This document shows positions 20,896 through 28,908 of a stretch of 64,000 nucleotides of DNA, one piece after another. The translations under genes and the position numbers were made by a program. Under the pieces are notes generated by a model. It did not search any database, was not told the DNA's origin, and saw nothing but the letters and a program-made list of their open reading frames with translations. How positions within the stretch are numbered: the stretch's first letter is position 1; every line of letters begins with the position of its first letter. Source of the DNA: an uncultured Phycisphaerales bacterium (GTDB lineage: Bacteria > Planctomycetota > Phycisphaerae > Tepidisphaerales > Tepidisphaeraceae). Location of the stretch: positions 1,760,001 to 1,824,000 of the forward strand of contig CAVWVQ010000003.1 of the NCBI GenBank assembly GCA_963758525.1, given 5' to 3'.

Positions 20896-23061
20896 TTGGA
20901 ATGTATGGCGCTGCCGAACATTGATGACATGAAACTGACCGCATACGCGCTGGGCGAGCTTGACGACGCTGACCGCGCGAATGCAGAGATCATGCTGCGC
21001 AACAGCGCCTTCGCGCGGCGCTACGTTCAGAGCGTGCGCGCAATGGCTCTGCAACTGTCCGAGGAGCTGGCTGGGGAAACCGTGGAAGGATTGACCGCGA
21101 TCCAACGCGCTTCGCTGGAGCAGCGCATCGGCCAGGCCGCGGCACGCGAGCCGGCGGCGGTGCGGACTCACCGGCGATGGAATCGCGCCGTGCTGGCGGG
21201 CTGCATCGCTGCGTCGATCCTGATCGTGGGGACGTCGGCCGCGCTGATGTTGCCGCCGCTGTATCGGCAATTCAGCGCGAAGCCGGACGAACGTGGGGCC
21301 GTGGGACATGTTCCCTATATCATCACCGATGGCACGGCGCCGGTATCGTCGCTGCCGGGTGCGGAGAATCTGCCGAGCCCGCGTCCCGTCACCCCGAAGA
21401 TCGATACGCCCGAAGATGCCGCAGCCTGGACCGGCTCGGCTCGCGGCCCGAATGTAAACGGCGCGGCGCTGCTCCTGACGACAATCCCGTTGTGGGCGCG
21501 GCGCACCCGGCATCAACCGGCGGTCCGATCGTGACGCCACGCCTGGTCAGCGGCGGGCCGCGTCCGTGGAACGGCGGCGAAGCAGTTGCGGTCAATCCCC
21601 TCGTTCATTCCCATTCCAGCAGCGGACCCGGATCGGATTGGTTCGGCGAGTATGCGTCGCGCTCGGCCTTCCCGGTGGCCGCGAATTCGCGAGGGAGCGC
21701 GACGCCACCGGCGGACACCGACGCCTACGACCGCTTTACAGACAACCCGTTCCAATCAGCGGCGGAGCACCCGCTCTCGGCATTCGCCCCGGAGGTCGGC
21801 TTCGCGTCATACTGCAACATCCGCCGCTCGCTTGCCGCCGGAAAGTTGCCGCCCGCCGACGCCGTGCGGGTGGAGGAGGTGCTGAATTACTTTTCCTGGC
21901 ATGCGCCAAAGCCGTCGGCAGACAGCGCGATGTCCGGCGCGATCGAGCTGAGCGCGTGCCCCTGGAACGGGCAGCATCGTCTTGCGCGGATCATTCTTCA
22001 GACGCGGGACATCCCGCCGCAGACGCGGCCGCCCGTGAATCTGGTCTTTCTCGTTGATGTCTCCGGCCCGATGGGCGCGGGCGGCAAGCTGCCGTTGATT
22101 CAGCGCGGGCTCAAGCTGCTGCTGTCGCAACTGGGAAGCCGCGATCGGCTTGCCATCGTCGCGACGCCGCAGGCGGAAGGATTTCTGCTGCCGCCGACTC
22201 CCGGCGATCAGCATCGCACGATTCTCGACGCGATCGACCGCCTCCGCAGCGGCGGCGGTCCCGCCGCCGGCGCGGGTTTGGAGACCGCCTACTACGCCGC
22301 CGCTTCCAGCTTCATCTCCGCCGGCATCAACCGCGTTGTGCTCATGACCGACGGGCAATGGCTCGCGGGAACCAGCAACCCCAACGGCTTGACCAGCGCC
22401 ATCCAGCAAGGCGCCAGCGCCGGCATCACCCTCGGCGTCGTAGCTGTCTCGCCAGCACATCTCGATGACGCGGCGTTGCGACACCTGGCGGCCGCTGGAA
22501 ATGGGACACTCTCGGTCGTCGATGGATCGACCGACGCGCGCAAGGCGCTGTTCAACCTCGCCAACGGATCGCTTATTGCGGCGGCCAGGGATGTTCGGAT
22601 CACGGTGAAGGTGAACCCGATCGCCGTCGAGTCTTACCGCCTCATCGGCTACGAATCACATCTATTGCCCAACGCCCGCCCCCAAAATCAGACCGGCGGA
22701 GATATTGGCGCGGGCCACGCCGTCACTGCGCTGTATGAACTGGTCCCCGCCAGGGGCGCCGACGGCTCGCCGCTGGCGGTTCGCGTCCGCTTCAAGCGGC
22801 CCGGCTCGGATGCCGACGAGTCTCTCGATCTTTCGGCGCCGCTGCGATCGGCGCCGCTCTCCACCGCGTCGAATGATTTCTATTTCGCCTCGTCCGTGGC
22901 GGAGTTCGCGATGCTGCTCGCGCCTTTCGAACGATGCCGGCTCGGCTTCCTTCGCCAGCGCGATCGATCTCGCCCAGCGCGGCCGAGGGCCCGACGAAGA
23001 CGGCAGCCGCACGGAGTTCGCCGCGTTGCTGCGTCGAGCGAGCGCGATCGCCGGGCATTAG
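20896..23061 (+). CDS. Anti-sigma/vWA (YfbK-like) membrane protein, frameshifts near 21470 and 22920
   Basis: LTAYALGEL anti-sigma N-terminus, TM helix, then NPF, VRVEEVLNYF, NLVFLVDVSG, NRVVLMTDG, YRLIGYE, DIGAGHAVTALYEL. Confidence 0.82.
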
Positions 23062-23115
23062 TAGGTTCGCACACGTATACCTTGCTCAGTTTCCAAAGCG
23101 TCAGTGACGCAACCA

Positions 23116-23172
23116 TGTAGCACGGCCGTCTCGGCAGTGGCTTTGAAATCACAGCGGGACGGCCGTGCTACA
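23116..23172. repeat. GTAG-type REP-like inverted repeat
   Basis: TGTAGCACGGCCGTC ... GACGGCCGTGCTACA. Confidence 0.7.
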
Positions 23173-23325
23173 GAGGAATCGCCCTTCTGGTGCCTCCGAA
23201 ATAATCTGATCACGTAATTCGTGCGCGGGCCCCGCTGGCGATCGTCGGAGAGCGTACAACCGGCGGGAGACTCGCTCTGGCCTTTGCCAACCGGACAGCA
23301 TCAAGCTGTCGCCTGCCGGTCCGAT

Positions 23326-23901
23326 TCATGGAACCATTCCATCCAGCCGTTGTACCAAGTCGACGCTGCTGGTGATCCACCACAATTGTTTATGGTGATG
23401 CACCGTCGCGAGGATATCCCTGCCCGGCCAGGCGATGGAAAAGTCGCTTCCCATCAAATATTGCAAAAGCCCCTCAAGCAGCCTGCTGAACGACTCTGCC
23501 TCATCGGGCGAGAATTCGAGCGCCGCGGCATTGTTGCGCACGATCAGAAGCCGGCTGTCGATGCCAATGTCGTCGAGCAATCTCGGCATCCACGCCTTGC
23601 TCCCGAAATCAAGCTCATACGACCAGTGACTCTTGGGCATGACCCACGCCACGCCCCCCAGCGCATCGATCCAGACGCGAGTCGCAAGGGCCGCAAGATT
23701 CTGTTCAAGCGGTGCTGGAATCGAGCGGACAAACGCGAGGGCTTCGGGGCGGATCGTTGAGTCGGCCGGCCCGATCCATCCGCGGGCAAAAGTTTCCCTG
23801 CCGGTCGGAAAACCGAAAGCGCCGCTGTTGTGATACAGAGACCGAAACCCGTCGGACGTCATCCGCGCGAGCACATCCGGATAGTCGATAATGCGAGGCA
23901 A
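23326..23901 (-). CDS. Conserved-looking hypothetical protein
   Basis: 191 aa with protein-like composition (YHNSGAFGF, PKSHWSYELDFG, TVHHHKQLWW). Confidence 0.65.
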   Translation of the reverse strand: MPRIIDYPDVLARMTSDGFRSLYHNSGAFGFPTGRETFARGWIGPADSTIRPEALAFVRSIPAPLEQNLAALATRVWIDALGGVAWVMPKSHWSYELDFGSKAWMPRLLDDIGIDSRLLIVRNNAAALEFSPDEAESFSRLLEGLLQYLMGSDFSIAWPGRDILATVHHHKQLWWITSSVDLVQRLDGMVP

Positions 23902-23979
23902 ACTTGCTCCCGGGGGCGTTCTGTCCGTGCGCGCCGGCTTGAGAGCACGTTCAGAAGCGACATATACACAGTTCGATGG

Positions 23980-24285
23980 TTAGCCGCGCCGCGCAGCGAA
24001 GCGCGTCCTGCGAGCGCGGCAAGCCGACGCGAGCCGCACATCCAACAAATACGTCGGACCAGCTTCGCTTCGCGGGCGGCTATCTGCTCTTCCCGCGGTA
24101 AAAGCCCGCGCAACGTGAGCACTCGACCCCCTCTCCCGGTAATCCCGGAGATCTCGTTTCGCTGCCCCCTCTCCCGGTAATCCGGGAGAGGGTTGGGGTG
24201 AGGGTGATTTCGAGGACCAGCGGCGCCGGACGTTTCGAGTCACCCGCGTAGCGAACCGCGTCCGCGCTTCGCTGCGCGGCTAGCT
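23980..24285. repeat. Composite intergenic REP-like cluster
   Basis: Outer inverted GCGCAGCGAAGCGCG/CGCGCTTCGCTGCGC; two copies of CCCCTCTCCCGGTAATCC inside. Confidence 0.65.
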
Positions 24286-24301
24286 ACGCGGCGGCCTTCC
24301 C

Positions 24302-25243
24302 TCACGGCTGCGTTGCCGGCTGTGTCGCTGCGGGCTGAGTCGCCGCGTCCTTCTTCCCGCCAAAATACTCCTCGTCGTACTGCGGCTTGGCCTGCTTCTT
24401 CAGCTCGGCGACCAGCATTTCAAATCGCCGCTGCGCGACCCGCTGATGCGCGTCGGCGAACGACGGCGCCGTCTGGCCGCTGGTGACCTGAATGATGTGA
24501 TACCCGTACTGGGTGCGGACCGGATCGCTGATCTGTCCCTTTTTCAGCGAGAAGACGGCAGCCTCGAAGGGTGCAACCATCTTGCCCCTGCTCACAACCC
24601 CCAGGTCGCCGCCCTGTGCGCCCGAGGAGGTGTCATCCGATTCAGCTTTGGCGACAGCCGCAAAGTCTTCCCCCTTGTCAAGCCGGGCCTTGATCTGCTG
24701 CGCTTTGGCGAGCGCTTCGGCGTCAGACAGCTTCTTCGTGGTCGGCACGGCTGAATCGCCGGTGGCCACGAGAATGTGGCGCGCGCTGACTTCCGAGAAG
24801 TAGTCCTTGTTGTCATTGAAAAACTTCTCGTCGCCGCCGCTGTCATCTGACAGCGATTGCGTCAATGCTTCGGCCAGCAATTGCTGCTCCCGCAGCCGCG
24901 TGGCGGGAACCTGATCGAGCTTGCGGCGCCGCGCCTCGTCGGAAAGAACTTTGAGGTTGATCAGTTCGTCTATCAGCCGGCGCTTTTTCTCAGGATGAGC
25001 GGCAATGTCAGCCTGCTGCTGCGGCGCGAGGCTGGCAAGAAGCCCTTCAAATTCGCCGGCGGTGATTTTTTCATCCGCCACCGAGGCAATCACCCGGTTC
25101 GGGTCCGCCGCTGGCTGCGTGGCGGGCGCCGCGGGAAGCGCCGGCGGAGTATAAAACGGAACATCTTCCTTGCCCGCGGCAAACAGCATGGTCGCAGTCG
25201 ACAATCCGACGGCAACGCCGAGCACAACAGTAGCTTTCTTCAA
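24302..25243 (-). CDS. PpiC/parvulin peptidyl-prolyl isomerase (PrsA/SurA-like), secreted
   Basis: ARHILV, FAAVAKAESDD, GGDLG, MVAPFEAAVF, TQYGYHII; signal peptide; TTG start after GGAGAG. Confidence 0.92.
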   Translation of the reverse strand: MKKATVVLGVAVGLSTATMLFAAGKEDVPFYTPPALPAAPATQPAADPNRVIASVADEKITAGEFEGLLASLAPQQQADIAAHPEKKRRLIDELINLKVLSDEARRRKLDQVPATRLREQQLLAEALTQSLSDDSGGDEKFFNDNKDYFSEVSARHILVATGDSAVPTTKKLSDAEALAKAQQIKARLDKGEDFAAVAKAESDDTSSGAQGGDLGVVSRGKMVAPFEAAVFSLKKGQISDPVRTQYGYHIIQVTSGQTAPSFADAHQRVAQRRFEMLVAELKKQAKPQYDEEYFGGKKDAATQPAATQPATQP

Positions 25244-25402
25244 TGCAACTCTCCGATGAAAAACCTCGCGCCCCTCGCAAGACCGCAATGTATCTCATCC
25301 CCGAAGCCGAGGAAAGTCGCGGAAGAAGACGCAGTGCGCGCAAAGGAAGTTGGTGGCATGAAAATGCCATGCGGAAAAGCAGCCCCGTCGAGTTGTGCTT
25401 CC

Positions 25403-25520
25403 CGTTTCGACATTCGTCATTCGGGTTTCGGACTTGATTCGGATTTCGGGTTTCGTCATTCGGATTTCCCTGACCTGTTTGGGGTTTGGTGCTTTGTTGG
25501 CCATTGGGCCTTGGCCATTT
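25403..25520. repeat. Degenerate heptamer tract (TTTCGGA/ATTCGTC-like)
   Basis: TTTCGACATTCGTCATTCGGGTTTCGGACTTGATTCGGATTTCGGG... Confidence 0.55.
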
Positions 25521-25623
25521 CTTCTCTGAAAAGGGGAGACGCCAGGCAGCCCCCGGCGGGAGTCCCGTAAAGTGATGACCCTTTGGGGCCGATGTTGCAA
25601 TAGCTACCCTTAAGGAGTTCGTA

Positions 25624-26562
25624 ATGCGTTTGGTCACACGGTCAGATTTCGACGGTTTAATTTGCGCGGTGCTGCTGAAGCATATTGGCAAGATCGACTC
25701 CATCAAATTCGTCCATCCCAAGGATCTGCAGGACGGAAACTTTGCCGTCACCGCTGACGACGTGTTGACCAACGTCCCATTTGTCCCCGGCTGCGGCCTC
25801 TGGTTCGATCACCACGCTACGGAAGTCGAACGCGTCGTCGGCAAATTGCCGTTCAAGGGCGAGTGCCGGTTGGCGCCCAGCGCGGCCAGAGTCGTGTATG
25901 AATACTTTGGCAGCGCCAGGCAGTTCCCCGGCATGGAAGAAATGATGCTCGGGGTTGATAAGGCCGATTCCGCCCAGTTCGACCGCGACGAAATCCTCAA
26001 GCCCACCGGCTGGAACCTGCTGTCGTTCGTGATGGATTCCAGGACCGGCCTGGGCCGATTCAAGGATTACCGCATCAGCAACTATCAGCTCATGTACGAC
26101 CTGATCGACGCCTGCCTGAAGCTGTCCATCGATCAGATCCTGAATCTGCCGGATGTGCAGGAGCGTGTGAAACGCTACTTCGAGCATGATGTGCTGTTCC
26201 GGGAAATGGTCAGCAAACACAGCCGCACGGTCGGCGACGTGATCATCAGCGATCTGCGCGACGTCGATCTCATCTATTGCGGCAACCGCTTCCTGGTCTA
26301 CGCCATGCATCCGAAGCAGAACTGCTCCATCTGGATCGTCAACGGCCGCGAGAACCGCAATGTCTCCTTCGCCTGCGGCCACAGCATCATCAACAAAACC
26401 TGCAAAGTCGACATCGGCTCCATCGTCCGCAAATTCGGCGGCGGCGGACATCGCGTCGCCGGCACCTGCCAGGTATCCCACGAGTCCGCGCAAGAGACGT
26501 TGCAAGCCCTCATCGATGAAATGTCCGGTCAGAAAACAGGCACCCGCGTGCTGGCCGCATAG
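25624..26562 (+). CDS. DHH-family phosphoesterase (NrnA/exopolyphosphatase-like)
   Basis: TRSDFDG, FDHH, GGGGH. Confidence 0.88.
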   Translation: MRLVTRSDFDGLICAVLLKHIGKIDSIKFVHPKDLQDGNFAVTADDVLTNVPFVPGCGLWFDHHATEVERVVGKLPFKGECRLAPSAARVVYEYFGSARQFPGMEEMMLGVDKADSAQFDRDEILKPTGWNLLSFVMDSRTGLGRFKDYRISNYQLMYDLIDACLKLSIDQILNLPDVQERVKRYFEHDVLFREMVSKHSRTVGDVIISDLRDVDLIYCGNRFLVYAMHPKQNCSIWIVNGRENRNVSFACGHSIINKTCKVDIGSIVRKFGGGGHRVAGTCQVSHESAQETLQALIDEMSGQKTGTRVLAA

Positions 26563-26648
26563 CGCCAGCTTCACACGGCATCGATGAGGAATTTGAGCGA
26601 CACAAAATGATCCTTCCCGCGTGCGTAGCACTCAAAATTCTTTAGCCG

Positions 26649-26761
26649 CCCCGCTTGCGGGGTGTGTCCAGCGGCGCAATCCCCGAAAACGCGCAGTTCC
26701 GTGCTCCCCGCTTGCGGGGCGTGTCCAGCGGCGCGATCCCCGAAAACGCGCAGTTCCGTGC
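26649..26761 (+). repeat. Tandem duplication with a 57-bp period, containing palindrome CCCCGCTTGCGGGG
   Basis: Units start at 26649 and 26706 and differ at 2 positions. Confidence 0.85.
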
Positions 26762-26780
26762 ACTTATCTGAAAGCAGCGT

Positions 26781-27362
26781 TCAGTACGTCGCCCCGTGCT
26801 CCAGCAGAAGTTCCGCGATCGCCGGGGAATGATAGCGGCGCGCAATCACCAGCGGCGGCGGGGCCCGATCGGTGCGGGCGTTCACATCAGCGCCATGACG
26901 AATGAGCATCGCGGCGGTCGCGTAATCCCGATTCCAGGTGGCGTAGTCCAGAGCCGTCCAGTCGTTGTGATCCCGAGCCTCGACGTTGGCTCCCTTCTCA
27001 ACCAGAAACGCCGCCACGTCCCCCGACCGGTAAAACACCGCCTCGATCAGCGGCGTCCCCTGCTCGCTATCGCGGGCTTCGAGATTGGCGCCATGTTCCA
27101 CCAGCACCCGCGCCGCTGCCAGTTGATCGGCATAGGCCGCGTAATGCAACGGCGTATAACTGCTGGAGTCCGGCGCATTGACGTCCGCCCCCAACGCGAT
27201 GAGCGCGCTGATCCGATCGGTCCGCCCGCTCCTGGCCGCGCCCGTCAACGTATTGACGCTCGCCGGAGAATTCGCGGCGCACCCAACCAGACACGAGGCG
27301 GCAAACCCCACCGCCATGGCAAACACGAAACAACGACGTGAGATATGTGAGATCAACTTCAT
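26781..27362 (-). CDS. Ankyrin-repeat lipoprotein
   Basis: LVGC lipobox; GADVNA..TPLHYAA, GTPLIEA, WTALDYA, LLLEHGA. Confidence 0.9.
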   Translation of the reverse strand: MKLISHISRRCFVFAMAVGFAASCLVGCAANSPASVNTLTGAARSGRTDRISALIALGADVNAPDSSSYTPLHYAAYADQLAAARVLVEHGANLEARDSEQGTPLIEAVFYRSGDVAAFLVEKGANVEARDHNDWTALDYATWNRDYATAAMLIRHGADVNARTDRAPPPLVIARRYHSPAIAELLLEHGATY

Positions 27363-27589
27363 ATCGGCAACGTTCATACCGAAGCTCCCGTACGACGTCC
27401 TTTGCGGATCAGAAGCATACGGTAGCAAGAGCAGCAGTTTGCCGGCACTGGGAATTCAGCCGCAGCGATCGAGTCCCGATGTCAGGCATGGGATCGGGCC
27501 CCGCAATTGCATCAAAATGACATCATCGGATCACTGGCGTTCGGACGCCGCGACATTTTCGCTGCACGCCGAAGCGAGGCACGCAACCG

Positions 27590-28084
27590 CTACCCCTCGG
27601 CGGCATCCGCGAACGCGACGTTGCCGGGATGAATGTCGAGCAGCGTGAAGCCGGTTGCCAGCCGGAACATCTCGGCGACGTGTAATGCGTCGTCCAACCG
27701 ATCGCCGAACATCTCGCGCATGCGCTCCTGATGCTCGGCTACGATCTCTGCGTCAAAATCCGGGACCTGATTTGGCCGTTTCGCCCCGGCGAAATCCAGC
27801 ACGAACGGCCGCTCAACGATCGTCATCTCGATGGCAAGTAACGCATCATCAAAATCGAGGAGCTTGGGAACATTGTGGTCCGCGATGCGCCGCGTTCCTT
27901 TGGCAGACAGAATCAGATAAACTTCCAGTTCACGCTCAAATCGCTCGCGCCGGTCAAAGAATTTAACGGCACTGAACCGATCTGAGCGCAACACGAAGCC
28001 GTCTTGTCCTGGTCCCGACCCCAGGAAGCCCTGCAGTTGGCAATTGTACCGCGAGGTAAAAACGGCTATTCGAGGATCGACCAT
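27590..28084 (-). CDS. Small protein-kinase-like protein
   Basis: GSGPGQDG loop, AVK, ERELEVY, VLDFAG, LDIHPGNV; GGAGGG RBS. Confidence 0.65.
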   Translation of the reverse strand: MVDPRIAVFTSRYNCQLQGFLGSGPGQDGFVLRSDRFSAVKFFDRRERFERELEVYLILSAKGTRRIADHNVPKLLDFDDALLAIEMTIVERPFVLDFAGAKRPNQVPDFDAEIVAEHQERMREMFGDRLDDALHVAEMFRLATGFTLLDIHPGNVAFADAAEG

Positions 28085-28361
28085 GGAACCCTCCCTCAAA
28101 TCCCCAACGCCCCGCGCCGGCTCGCCATGGACCTATGCATCGCTCGCCGTGATAGACGGCCAGCGATGCCTGAAGCCGGCGCAGGTGGGACCGGATCATC
28201 TGCTGTTCTCCAAGCCCCCTCGCCTGACAGGCGAGCGGATCGAGATCATCCTCCAAAACGGCGACGAAGAGCAACGCAGCTTCGCCAATGTCCTCCCGCA
28301 TCCCGCCGATGCCACGATGATACCAATTCAGCTTCTGATACCCAGCCAAAGCCCATCGTGA
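28083..28361 (+). CDS. Small hypothetical beta-rich protein (92 aa)
   Basis: GAGG RBS, ATG at 28083; AQVGPDHLLF..P motif. Confidence 0.55.
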   Translation: MEPSLKSPTPRAGSPWTYASLAVIDGQRCLKPAQVGPDHLLFSKPPRLTGERIEIILQNGDEEQRSFANVLPHPADATMIPIQLLIPSQSPS

Positions 28362-28376
28362 GAATTTCTTCTCGCG

Positions 28377-28484
28377 ACGGACGTGGGGCCGCGTTCGGAT
28401 GAACGCGGAAGTTCGCAATTGGCCCGGGAAACTTCCCTCGGTGGCATAGCTTCAATGGAGCCGCGCGCGTGAAGGGGCGGAAAT
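28377..28484 (-). CRISPR. Antisense one-spacer mini-array with two diverged repeats (candidate crRNA-like regulatory RNA)
   Basis: R1 28484-28449 ATTTCCGCCCCTTCACGCGCGCGGCTCCATTGAAGC; 36-nt spacer 28448-28413; R2 28412-28377 ACTTCCGCGTTCATCCGAACGCGGCCCCACGTCCGT. Confidence 0.85.
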
Positions 28485-28908
28485 CGTGGGCTCCTTGTGG
28501 GTCGCGACCGCAATTCGCCACGAAAATAAATCGCTGCACCGGACAATTCCCACTGAACCACTGTTGTCAGTGACGCTTGGTAGAAGCAGTCAACGGCAAA
28601 CGCTGAACGCGCCCCGTTTAGCCGGTGGGCACCTGTCTTGAGCGAAGTCGAAAGGATGCCCGCCGTGTCGCCGCAGGCGAACCCCCCCCCTGTCGCGAGT
28701 ACGGAAAATGTTTGGTGAACGGTTTGCGGCTCGATAACGTACGCCTGCTCACATCGGGGGAACTCAAGAAGTACCCCGACCGAGCCGGAGGCCAGGGTGG
28801 CCGAAGCTCCGCACTATCGGGGCGACGCGCGGAACGAGCGAATTATGCCAATGAGCGAATGAGTGGAACACTCGTCCGCGTGACGGTTTGACTGCAAAGG
28901 GCGGCCAA

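Noticed and set aside
26649..26761. 57-bp tandem unit as a second CRISPR array
   Set aside because: The whole unit is duplicated, so there is no unique spacer, and it is unrelated to the I-G repeat
28449..28484. Inverted repeat copy read as a tracrRNA-like anti-repeat
   Set aside because: Type I systems do not use tracrRNA, and a second repeat exactly one spacer away fits a mini-array better
28485..28840. CreT-like small RNA toxin or peptide between mini-array and cas3
   Set aside because: No convincing SD-AUG-rare codon-hairpin unit seen; cannot be excluded without RNA data
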